Source: Camelus ferus
Taxonomy: Eukaryota
DNA: 64,000 bases
Direction of reading: 5' to 3'
Assembly: GCF_009834535.1 (NCBI RefSeq)
Contig: NC_045696.1
Coordinates: forward strand, 55,678,001 to 55,742,000
In this document: positions 53,641-64,000 of the stretch, in pieces
Position numbering within the stretch: the stretch's first letter is position 1
How the letters are laid out: each line of letters starts with the position of its first letter
Notes under the pieces: model-generated
What the model saw: the letters and a program-made list of their open reading frames with translations, nothing else
Databases searched by the model: none
What the model was told of the DNA's origin: nothing
Translations under genes and position numbers: made by a program

Positions 53641-55032
53641 CCACATGTGGCAGGTTACAGAACAGCAGCTGGTGTGCTGGGGAAAGAGCTGACCTTTTGT
53701 GCACAATAGGGATTTAAAAAAAAAATGAGACAACTTTTTATAGCATTTGAACTCTGTTTGTTTGCTTGCTTATTTGTTTGTTTGTTTATAAAATGTTTTG
53801 AGAGACATGAGGGTGGGAGACAAAAATTGTACCAAGACCTCTATTTCATAAAATAGACCAGAGTATAGCTCTTCTGGTTGAAGCCAGGTGGGGGCTCTGG
53901 ACCCCGCCCACTCTCACAGTCCCTCCTCCACCACACCCTGATCCTACCCTGTAGTCACGCAAAGGGAGTAGCTCCACCTCTGTGTCTCTGGCCTCAATAT
54001 TTCCAAGTCCACTCCCTGCCCTCTTTCCACCTGGGGTAACTAAGAAACACCTCACCAGTTGGTCACGAATGACACTGGCAAAATATGGATGTGTCCTGGA
54101 GGGGAGAGGATCTGGGGGTGCACTGCCTTTGAGAAGTGGGTATCAGCACCTAAAATGATAGTTAGTAGTTGAAGAAAATGATGGGAGAGTTGTTTAGAAA
54201 GTATTGTAATAGTGAATCCAGGAAGAATGTTGAGTCTGAATGCCTAGTATCTACTCATGTCAAGGTCCAGTCCAACTTGGAATTAGGTGTAGATATGATC
54301 GTGTGCATTAAGCATTAATGGATAGGCACTAGTCTAACCTAAGGTGTTAATGGACTGGGTATTTTTTAGGGGAGCGGGCACAGTGCTAACCCAGCCAGGA
54401 GTTCATGAAGTTCCAATACCATCTCTATGCCTGAAGACTTTGGCGCCCAAAGCTTTGGTAAACTACCATCCACAGCACACTCATGGAGGGACTTCACGTG
54501 AGTCTGCCTGAGGACCAAAGTGTCAAGTGACTTGCCACTCTCTCCACACCATCCAGAAGACCTGTGGCTGCCATTCTGGGTCACTGAGCTGGCTAGGCTG
54601 GTCGAAGTCAACTCCAAGGAGAGAACAGCGTAGCCAGACTCTTCTACCCAGGCACTGGACTTCTAGAGTGGCAGGAATTCAAGAGGCCATGTTAGTCCCT
54701 TTTATGTGGTCCATTCAGTCAATGACTGGTTTGACCCATTTGGTGGTGGTGGGGTGGGGTTTGGTTTTTACCTTTAAAAAAATCAAAACACTTTAACCTT
54801 TAAATCACTTTTAATATTCTGGCAGGTATTCTTCCAGTCTTTATTCCCTTTGCAATTTTTTAAAACATAGTTGAATTCACAATGTATATTTGATTTTGTG
54901 CCTTGTTTTTCTTTTACCTACCTATATAATAAGCATTTTTCCATGTGTTAATTACTTTTCATAAGCAACCAGTACTTTTGAGTGAGAGAAGTAGATTTAC
55001 CTGCCCCTTGGTTTCTTCATGGCTAGAATAGG

Positions 55033-55218
55033 CAACGGTTCTCTAATTTTATCATTCAACAGTCACAGGAAGGCTTTTTAAAACACAGATGGCTGAGCCC
55101 CAACCTCCAGGATCTCTGACTCAGTGGGTCTGGAGTGAGGCCTGGTGTTTGCATTCCCATCAAGTTCCCAGGAGATGCTGCTGCTGCCAGTCAGGAGACC
55201 ACACTGGGAGAACCAGTG
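55033..55218. mobile_element. Full-length MER5A (186 nt)
   Basis: Terminal inverted repeats CAACGGTTCTC...GAGAACCAGTG with typical internal tctgactcagtgggtctgg...caagttcccaggagatgctgctgctgc. Confidence 0.8.
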
Positions 55219-55542
55219 AAATGAAGAGGTTGGGTTGTGGGATTTCCAAGGTCACCGCTGGTTTCAAAATCTAAGTGTTTGCATATTTTTCAAATTCTTT
55301 AAGAAAAAAAAAAACTAACTCTTAAAACACATGAGTTTTCCAAACTTTAACAAAACCCTATGTTTTTTTTAAATACCGAAGAACATCATCTACCATTTAT
55401 AAGTAATTGTTTCCACTTGTAACTCATATGCATTCTATACTCATTTCTCTTTTGAAGTTACCTGGATTTTTAAAAGCCTATCTTTAAAAGACAGTCAGAC
55501 TTATGTCTAATACTTTACTGTTTTTTCTTTTCTTTTGCATAG

Positions 55543-55645
55543 TTCCATATGTATTGAAGAGCTGTGCAGAATTTATAGAGACTCACGGCATTGTGGATGG
55601 AATTTATCGGCTTTCAGGAGTCACCTCAAACATACAGCGGCTAAG
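55543..55645 (+). CDS. ARHGAP31: ARHGAP31 coding exon 2: (V)PYVLKSCAEFIETHGIVDGIYRLSGVTSNIQRL(R), RhoGAP domain with arginine finger
   Basis: Polypyrimidine tract and TAG acceptor (AG 55541-55542); donor AG|GTAAGT at 55645/55646. 103 nt, phase 1 to 2. The GIYRLSG motif has Arg56 at CGG 55608-55610. Too short to appear in the ORF track. Confidence 0.97.
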
Positions 55646-56264
55646 GTAAGTCAAAGAATAGCCCCCTGAAGAATTTTTCCATGATCTTTCCTCTGTCCAT
55701 ACCTCTATCTGCAGGTGTAGGGGGTATTAAACACTGAAGGGATTGAGGGAAGTTTGGCAGGACAGAAGATCAAGTGCTGATGTTTTCAGATGCCTGACTG
55801 TTCTTAATCCAATCAGGAAGCTCTCCAGTCTGATGTAATTCTTTCCAACAAAAGCTCCTGAGGGCTTTTATTCTGTTTCTTTGTCTTGTACCAGATTTAT
55901 CCTTCTTAGGTAGATTCAATTGAACTCAAACGATTTAAATTACAAGTTGGGGAAAAATGATTTATTATTACCCACTTACCAACCCAAAGCTCAGATCCCT
56001 GTTCTGTGGTTTTCAGAACTTAGAGATTGATGTGAATTTTTCTGTTGGTACACACTCAACATCTGATATTTCATCTGGTCGAGAGGTCAGAAGTCTTGTG
56101 CATTTCTCTAACTGATACATGTATTTTAAAAATTACTGATGGAGAAACTATTTCCAATCCTATGGATTTATCCTAAACAATTCTGAAATGTATCCTAGAA
56201 TTTTTTTTGAAGAAATTTCTATCTCATTGAATTAAGAGGACAATAATCTTCATATAAAACACAG

Positions 56265-56545
56265 ATATGTGTGTGTATATTTTATATGCATTATATATAT
56301 AAAATAGAGTATACATAAATCTATATAGCTTATGTACAGCATATATAGGTTATATATAATATATTCTATGACTAAAACAATAGATTTATTATTTTGAATA
56401 TTGTTCTTTAATATCAAAAGAACATACTTTATTGTGTTATTTTTATATATTTACTATATGTTCTTTAGCTATAAATGTAGACTTTTAAAATAATAAAACA
56501 TTCTTGTCACAAAATTAGTATATAAAATGTAATACATTGTGCAAT
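56265..56545. repeat. AT-rich low-complexity, (TA)-rich tract in intron 2
   Basis: tatatttttatatgcattatatatataaaatag...ttatatataatatattc. Confidence 0.6.
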
Positions 56546-57881
56546 TCATTTTTATTTTCTTCCTCCTATTTGGTTTTCTGCCCCTCCCCCTCAAATCTCC
56601 ACTGTAATAAAACTATACCAAAGGAATAAAGCATCCTTTTTACTTCTGGAGAAGTAAGAGCTGTTAAAAAGTAGTTGATTTATTGCAGCCATAGATTTTA
56701 ACAAATCTATATGCTTATATAATTTCACTAATGTACTCATGTGACATTTTTCAGAGTTTCAGCAGGCAAGTATTTTTAGTGGTTTGCTCTTAGCTCTAGA
56801 ATATACTACCCAGCAGTTGGTATCAGGGAAGGACACTTGGACAGGGGCCAATTCTTTTTCATTTAAGGATTGACCTTAGCCTTGACAAGGGAAATTTTTG
56901 TTTTTGTTCTGCCCTCGTAAAAAACACATGCCTATGAATTTATGAGGCCATTGCATGGTTTTCTTTTCAAGGCCTCACTCAGTTCCTTTCAGGTTCTGAC
57001 AGCATAAGGGATTTCCCTTCCCTTTATTAAAGGGGCAGAACCAGACTACTGGTGAACGGGCAGTGAGCTGTTGGAGATGCTGGCTTGAGTCTGCTTGACT
57101 TTGTCACTACTTGTTTGACCAAGTGAATACTCTCAAGAAACCTAACTTCACTTCTGTATTAAAGCTTAGGTTTATCATCTTTTAAATAGATTTTTAACTA
57201 GTAAGTATATATAATTTGACGCAGTATATTCACGTAACCTTGTTAGGAAATTTTTAAAAATTAGAAACAAGGCCTGGAATCTGACAATGTTTCCAAACAC
57301 CTGTCTATAGATTGTTTAAGAAGATATTTATAAGCTCATCTGTCCTGTGGGAGTCACTATGAGGCATCCTAGAAGTTTCCATTCAGCATCAAAGAGAAAG
57401 TTGATTCAAGTTCTCAAACCCTGGCTTTCAGTCTCCAGATAAAACAAGTTGGCTGACATGAATATGTGGACATGAATGATAACAATCTGACTCACCCTGG
57501 TTTTGGTCTCTCCTCCAAGAAAGAGAAGTTCATTTAGAACAATATTTTGGAAAAACTGAAATCTCAACAGGGTTTTTGGCAAATTGTTTACATGTATCCC
57601 CACTGTTTGTAATTGAGACTACAGACACGCCATGAGAAATCCACTTGTAAATGGGATTCTGGCTTGCTAATTCCAGCAGCTTCTGGAAGGATGATCCAGA
57701 CCTGAAGTGGAAATCTTCCTGTAGCTTCCTTGTGCTTGTGCGAGAAGGTCTTTTTGAATCAAGGTCAAAATTATGGTCAGATCAGCAGTTTAGGGTCTTT
57801 TGACCCCCTAAGCAGCCAAGTAGCTGCTGACATGGAACACATGTTCCTGGGATTGTTATGTCTCTGTCTGTGTTGTTTCAG

Positions 57882-58026
57882 GCAAGAGTTTGGCTCAGAT
57901 CAATGTCCAGATCTGACAAGGGAAGTGTACCTCCAGGACATCCACTGTGTGGGCTCCCTCTGCAAGCTCTACTTTAGGGAGCTCCCCAATCCCCTCCTGA
58001 CTTATGAGCTCTATGAGAAATTCACG
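57882..58026 (+). CDS. ARHGAP31: ARHGAP31 coding exon 3: (R)QEFGSDQCPDLTREVYLQDIHCVGSLCKLYFRELPNPLLTYELYEKFT
   Basis: Acceptor tgtttcAG|G at 57881/57882; donor ACG|GTGAGT at 58026/58027. 145 nt, phase 2 to 0. Contains the RhoGAP KLYFRELPNPLL motif and lies inside ORF 57730..58098. Exons 1-3 total 348 nt = 116 codons. The gene continues beyond the window. Confidence 0.97.
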
Positions 58027-59625
58027 GTGAGTGTTTGGATTTCCACCATGGTTACTGGGTGGGAAGCATGGATGGGTCAAGGAAAGTTTCAGCACTAAAA
58101 TAACAATAATAATACTCACCAGATGGTTAACATTATCTTAGTGATGGAAGCAGGATGGTATAGTGAGGAAATCAGGGTAGCGGGACTGTTGGCGAAATTT
58201 TTCCTTTCTTGAAATTTCAGAATCATGTTTGTTTTAAGAACTGCGTTAACTCATCTCCATATTTATTTAACCAAATGTGCATCATTATATGGGGAGGAAA
58301 CTAAGAACCAGAGAATGAAATGACTGGCCCAAGGTCACACTGTCCCCAAGCAGGACAGGAGCCTGAGGCTCCAGATGCTACTCTCATGGCTCATTCATTT
58401 TTATCAGGCTATTCCTCCCATGGTTTGGGGGTCGGGGGAGTTGGGCAGAGAGGCGGGTGGGTAGAGAAGGGAGAGAGAACAAACAGAAGTCAAGACAGAG
58501 GTTAGAAAGCTGGGAAGAGAAACGAATCATCTGGGAAAAGCAGCCAAGAGGGAGTGCAGGATAGGCCAGTGAGTCTGGCTGGTGGAGGACGGGTGGGCGA
58601 CAGCAGAGCACCTAAGCAGCAGCAGCATGGCCACCAAATAGGGCACCCAGAGAAGAAGCAGAAAGGAGAATTAATGCCCACAGCACGTCTGTAGAGATAG
58701 CATTAAAGGCAGAGCTTGAACATCTGGCTGCAGGGGAGGTGCAAAGTAGGTGAGGAGTTGGGTTTAACCAAGGTTGAGGCTCAGCTGGAAGAGAGTGGGA
58801 GAGAGATGAGAGTGTGTGTAAGGGAGTGACTGAAATAACTGACCACACAATTCTGTCTGGATAAGAAAGGAAATGAGGGCATAATTCAGGTGAGAAGCAC
58901 TGAAAAAGCAGATCGGTGGATTATTCATCCCAGTGAGGTCAGTAGACTGTTGGAGTAGGGTGGTCAGAGAAGATGTTTGAAATTAAGATTATGAAGGAAT
59001 TGCAATTATTGATAAGGTCCAGATCTAGGCTCTAACCATGGGACGGAATCTTTCTCGTGGCTCCAATAATAAACCTATTTTAAGCAAAGAAATGTTCTTC
59101 AATTTGATATATAGAGGAATATATGAATACTTTTTAAAAACTGGGCTAGGACGATTAAAATATATTTAGGAGTTTTCAGTGATACAGGAAAATACTCATA
59201 GTGATAATCGGAAAAAGCAGATACATAACTGTATATTGAGACATGAGTAAAAAAGAAAAATGTTCAAAAGATTAATAGCCACTTATTTCAATGATGGAAT
59301 GATAGTTTTCTCCTTTTTTTTTTTACATTTTTTTATTGAGTAATAGTCATTTTACAATATTATGTCAAATTCCAGTGTAGAGCACAATTTTTCAGTTATA
59401 CATGAACATACATATATTCATTGTGACATTTTTTTTTCGCTATGAGCTACCACAAGATCTTGTATATATTTCCCTGCGCTATACAGTATAATCTTGTCTC
59501 TCTATTCTGCATATTAAAATCCCAGTCTATCCCTTCCCACCCCCCACCCCCTTGGCAATCACAGGTTTGTATTCTATGTCTATGAGTCTGTTTCTGTTTT
59601 GTATTTATGTTTGGTTTTTTTTTTT

Positions 59626-59997
59626 TTAGATTCCTCATATAAGCGATCTCATACGGTATTTTTCTTTCTCTTTCTGGTTTACTTCACTTAGAATGACATT
59701 CTCCAGGAACATCCATGTTGCTGCAAATGGCATTATGTTTTCGGTTTTTGTGGCTGAATAGTATTCCACTGTATAAATATACCACCTCTTCTTTATTCAG
59801 TCATCTGTTGATGGACATTTAGGCTGTTTCCATGTCTTGGCTATTGTAAATAGTGCTGCTATGAACATTCGGGTGCAGGTATCATTTTGAAGTAGGGTTC
59901 CTTCTGGATATATGCCCAGGAGCGGGATTCCTGGGTCATATGGTAAGTCTATTCCTAGTCTTTTGAGGAATCTCCCATACTGTTTTCCACAGTGGCT
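59626..59997 (-). pseudogene. L1 ORF2p C-terminal remnant (about 124 codons)
   Basis: RFLKRLGIDLPYDPGIPLLGIYP...TCTRMFIAALFTIAKTWKQPKCPSTDD (ORF 59797..60018), continuing to EKYRMRSLI*GI*. Confidence 0.88.
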
Positions 59998-60138
59998 TTC
60001 CTTGCTTCCCTCTCCCACTCTTAATGATTTAGATGTCTTCTTCTACAATTTTGTGTTTATTCTTTTTGTAATTCATGGCAGTTATCTCCTTTCCAGTTAT
60101 GAGTTTCTCATTTTTGTAGCATCCTGCTTCTTCTCTAT

Positions 60139-61038
60139 TTAGAGTAGACCTGTCAATATTTCTTTTAGCATGGGTTTAGTGTTGCTAAACTCTTTTAGTT
60201 TCTGCTTGTCTGTGAAGTTCTTTATCTCTCCTTCTATTCTAAAGGATACCCTTGCTGGATAGAGTATCCCAGGCTGCATCTTTTTTTCATTCAGGACTTT
60301 GAATATATCTTGCCACTCCCTTCTGGCCTGTAGTGTTCATGTAGAGAAATCAGCTGAAAGCCTTATGGGGGTTCCCTTGTAATTCGCTCTTTGTTTTTCT
60401 CTTGCTGCCTTTAGGATCATTTGTTTATCCTTGACTATGGCCATCTTGATTATGATATGTCTTGGTGTGGGTCTGTTTGGGTTCTTCCTGTTTGGGGCCC
60501 TCTGAGCCTCCTGTACTTGAATATCTGATTCCTTCTTTAGGTTTGGGAAGTTTTCAGTCATGATTTCTTCAAATACCTTTTCAATCCCCTTTGTTCTTTC
60601 TTCTCCTTCTGGAGCCCCTATTATGCGTAGATTGGCACGCTTTATATTATCACATAGGTCCCTTATGTTGTTTTCATTGTTTTTATTTGTTTTTCTCTCA
60701 GCTGTTCTGATTGGGTGCTTTCTGTTGTCCTGTCTTCTAGGTCACCTATTCATTCCTCTGCATTATCTAGCCTGCTTTGTACAGCCTTTAGGTCAGCTCT
60801 CATCTCAGCAAATGAATTGACTAATTCTACTTGGTTCTTCCTTATAACTTCTATTTCATTTTTGACATTTTATATCTCTAAACACTATTTCTTTTAGCTC
60901 CTTCAGTACTTTGATCACTCCTTTTTTGAAATCTTGATCTAGTAGACCATCAATGTCTATTTCCTTGATCGTACTTTCAGGGGATTTCTCTTGATCTTTT
61001 AATTGAGAGTGGTTCCTCTGCTTCTTCATATTGCTCAT
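60139..61038 (-). pseudogene. Disrupted L1 ORF1p (coiled coil, RRM, CTD)
   Basis: MSNMKKQRNHSQLKDQEKSP... then ENFPNL...RPTPRHIIIKM...KAAREK...GTPIRLSADFS...LQARREW...YPAR...KEILTGLL* with TAA at 60139-60141. Contains frameshifts and stops. Confidence 0.85.
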
Positions 61039-62749
61039 ATCTCTCTGGCATTGTGGCTTAAGGAGTATCAGTTATCTGGTTCTCCTGGAGATGGTGTGCT
61101 CTTAATGATTTTATCAAGAGGTCTTTGTGTCTTTGCCCTGTTTTGCGAACTCAGCTTGCTGTTTCCAGAGGCCCTCTGTTGGGGCCCTCTTCTGTGCTGC
61201 TCCCAGTGGCTGTTGGCTAGTAGATCACGCCTCCTTCCAACACTGGGTCAGGTGCTGAGCTCTTACCTCGTGGGCGGGCGGGTCACTCCCCCTCCGGATG
61301 CCGCAGTCAGATGCTGCACTCGGGAGAGGCAGGAGGGCGGATCGCGCCTCCTCCCAGCACCGTGATCAGATGCTGCATTTCTGCCAGGAAGGTGGGTGGC
61401 CGCCCACCCTCTCCTGGCGCTTGTTGCTCAGCTGCTCTGTGCAGCTGCCCGCTCCGCCTTGGGTTGGCGCTCCGAAGGTGGGCTCAGGGAAGACCGCGGA
61501 ACGGCCCTGCCCCTGCTCCGTGCCAAATCTCAGTTCCTTATTTGTCTTGGCGGCACAAGTTCTCTGAGGTGCCAGGGCAGAAAGATTCTGTCTGCCTCGG
61601 GCTGTAAACAAGTCTCAGTCCTGCCTAGGAGGTTGTGGAGCCCCCCGGGTGTGGATTCAGGCCTCGACCCCACCCCTGCCTGGGTACTGCGCACAGAAGG
61701 AGATGGCAGCTGTGGCTGCGCCCCCGCCTCTCTTCTCACTCTGAGAAGCGCCAGTAATGGTGTCGCAGGTCTGAGGAAACAAAGGCTACGGTGCCCCCCC
61801 AGGGCACACCAGCTGTGTTGCTTTGCTTTTTTCACAATTTATGGGGGACCGAGGTTGTTCTGCTCTGTATCCCCTCCCAGCCACAGTGTGCAGCCCCCTG
61901 CAGTCCCCTGGGGCTGCCTCAGTGCAGCCACCCTAGTTCTCTGCCCAGCTCGGGCAGCCTGTCCCGGCCCCAGCTGCCAGCTCACGTCTCAGGCTGGGTG
62001 TCGTGGGGACCCTTTGTGCCCGTTTAACTCAGTTCTGTCAGTCAAGGGGTGCTTGGGGCAGATCTGAGCCTCGGAGGCTCCCCCTCCATCACGCTGGCCT
62101 TTCCGTTGGAGAGGGGAGCCCCAGCGAACAAGCGCCAGTCCTCCTTTGCTGCTCCCTCCCCATGGGACTGGTCCCGCACTGTTTTGCTTTTTCTTCTTCT
62201 TTTTTCCTTTTCTCCTACCAGATTTTTGGCGTCTTTGTCTTTCAAAGAGGGCAGTGTTCTATCGGAGTTCAGCAGGTGCTCTGGTTGGCTGAGTGGGTCT
62301 GTAGATGTCAGTTTTGGTGTATTTGTGGGAGAGGGTGAGCTACAAGTGTCCTTCTACTCCGCCATCTTGCTTCTCCCTGTTTTCTCTCCTTCTTTATACT
62401 TTAACTTTTAAATTTTTATCCACTAAAAGTACATTAGTCTTTTAATGAAAAAAATTAGGCCAAAAGGTGCAAAAAATGTGGGCATAAATGTTGACCACTA
62501 AAGAAGCCAACATAAACCAGCTGATGTGGACGTGTCAGTGGTTAGGGGACTCTTAAGAGATCTAAGGGGACCTTGAGATCTAAGGTGCAGGGCAAATGAG
62601 CCTCCACTCTGAGTAGGTACGTTATGAATAATGGCAGCCTCTGACCCTCAAACCACAGAGGAGTCTTTCCCAGGAACCAGGAGGAAAGGCTGTGGGCCTT
62701 GTGAGTCTGTCGGATTACCATCATTATCATTAGATGTGAGTATTTCCTC

Positions 62750-63560
62750 ATTTTAAAAGTAACCATACTCAATAAAAGACAACTTGGAAAATGGAGGAAA
62801 ATAGAGAGGAACCCTTGGTTCCTATTCTAAAAAACCAAAGACAACCATAATTAACGTGTGTGTATTTCCTTTATTCTTTTACTCTGCATAGTGTTTTTGT
62901 TGTGTTTTGTTTTTCTAAGTCAAAATACTATTTTTATTGCAAAAATTAAATCAATCTAGAAAGTGTAAAGGAGCAAATATAAATCACCTGAAATCTCACA
63001 CCCTAGGCATATTTGTTCTTAATATTTCAGGAGGCATCCTTACAGTTCTGTTTGTCTGTCTTTTTCTGTCTCATCCTCTTACCCCTAGACTTCTTCCTCA
63101 AATTCTCTCTCCCTTTCTCCTCATTTTTGCTCCTCAATGTATGTATTGCTGTTTTGAAACAGTGTTAATTCAACAATGTGACCATCTTTCCATGGTGACA
63201 AATATAGAGAGACATTATTTTTGCAGATTATTTTCTCACATATATGATGATTTCTTAAACCAGTTTCCTATTGATGGACATTTAGACTTGTTTCTTAAAA
63301 CTTTGCTCTTATAAATAACGGTAAAGATATTTTGAACATATATTTGTATATTTTTGTCTATTTATATCCTTTGGGGGAAAAAGAAATCATAGAAGTGGAT
63401 TTACTGAGTAAAAAGTTCTTATTTAAAGTTTTGTCACGTGTTGCCAAATTGTTCTCCAGAGAGACAAGAAAACTCTTTTTCCTGAGCCTTGCCAACACTG
63501 GACGTTTTCAATTTGTTAAATTGTTTGCCAATCTCAATCAACAAGAAATATATCTTATTG
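62750..63560 (-). mobile_element. Ancient L1ME-type fragments
   Basis: cttaaaccagtttcctattgatggacatttagacttgtttc...tagaagtggatttactgagtaaaag...ttgccaaattgttctcc...ccttgccaacactgg. Confidence 0.55.
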
Positions 63561-63604
63561 CGGCTTGACATTTTCAAACACAAAGCAAAACACAGGGTCA
63601 TTTA

Positions 63605-64000
63605 CTTACTCATTTCATTCAACAGACATTTTTCGAGTACCTACTCTGTATACCAGGCTGGCACAGTTCCAGATGCTAGGGATTTAATAGTAAGGAGAAC
63701 AGATAAAATCCTTGCTCTCGTGAAACTTATATTTTAGTGAAGGAAACAGATGATAAACCAATTTAAAGCATAGCTCTGTAATGCCAGCTGTTGATAAACA
63801 CTCTGAAGAAAACTAATGCAGGCTCAGGGCAGAGAATGACGGAGCTGCTGTTTTGGGGAGATGATCAGAGGTCTCTCCATGAAGTGATATTTGAACAGAG
63901 GCAAGGATGGAGGAGAGAACAAAGTGTGCAGGCATCTGGTAGGAGAGGGCACCAAGAAGAAACAGCAGGTGCAAAGGCCCCAGTCGAGGACATGCCAAGC
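63605..64000 (-). mobile_element. L2 LINE 3' part (runs off the window)
   Basis: catttcattcaacagacatttttcgagtacctactctgtataccagg...ccttgctctcgtgaaacttatattttagtg...aacagcaggtgcaaaggcccc. Confidence 0.8.

Larger units (their letters stand above)
136..55542 (+). other. ARHGAP31: ARHGAP31 intron 1 (55,407 nt, GT-AG)
   Basis: Bounded by the exon 1 donor and exon 2 acceptor; reading frame is continuous across the junction (G|TT = Val34). Confidence 0.93.
59314..62377 (-). mobile_element. Relatively young LINE-1 with complete 5'UTR and ORF1 but large internal loss of ORF2 (about 3.06 kb)
   Basis: Minus strand starts GGGAGAAGCAAGATGGCGGAGTAG (YY1 core at 62360-62368). CpG-rich 5'UTR, ORF1 pieces (60856..61038, 60337..60561), ORF2 C-terminus only (59626-59997), G-rich 3'UTR tract, AATAAA (59332-59337) and poly(A). 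Confidence 0.92.

Noticed and set aside
57730..58098. 122-aa ORF as a stand-alone gene
   Set aside because: Only 57882-58026 is coding (exon 3); the flanks are intronic read-through.
61396..62067. 223-aa ORF antisense to the L1 5'UTR (ORF0-like idea)
   Set aside because: GTG start, GC-rich context and no similarity to anything I recognise; a single copy cannot support it.
1..64000. CRISPR arrays, prokaryotic operons, ERV coding regions, NUMTs or horizontally acquired genes
   Set aside because: No regularly spaced direct repeats, no gag/pol/env or mitochondrial-like ORFs and no dense coding blocks were seen; the window reads as ordinary mammalian intron.

Overview
Mammalian genomic DNA, probably camelid: it carries a camelid-type tRNA-derived SINE, and I saw no Alu, B1, Bov-tA/BovB or PRE1 elements. 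The window holds the 5' part of ARHGAP31 (CdGAP, a Cdc42/Rac1 GAP) on the + strand. Coding exon 1 (36-135), a 55.4-kb intron 1, exon 2 (55543-55645) and exon 3 (57882-58026) splice with GT-AG ends into 116 in-frame codons: a polybasic N-terminus and the first part of the RhoGAP domain, including the arginine finger R56. The rest is intron filled with old interspersed repeats (MIR, L2, L1M, MER5, MER3, MER94, MER103, Arthur1-like, MLT1), plus an intronic CpG island at about 23 kb. I see no convincing new multi-gene system. The two best leads are (i) a 3.06-kb antisense LINE-1 with an intact 5' end, ORF1 and poly(A) tail but most of ORF2 missing, with the junction at an AG (possible spliced or half-L1-type non-autonomous element), and (ii) the intronic CpG island, which contains an ATG-to-donor segment in phase with exon 2 (possible alternative first exon or bidirectional promoter). 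Repeat family names come from my recall of consensus sequences, not from a database search, and repeat boundaries are approximate.
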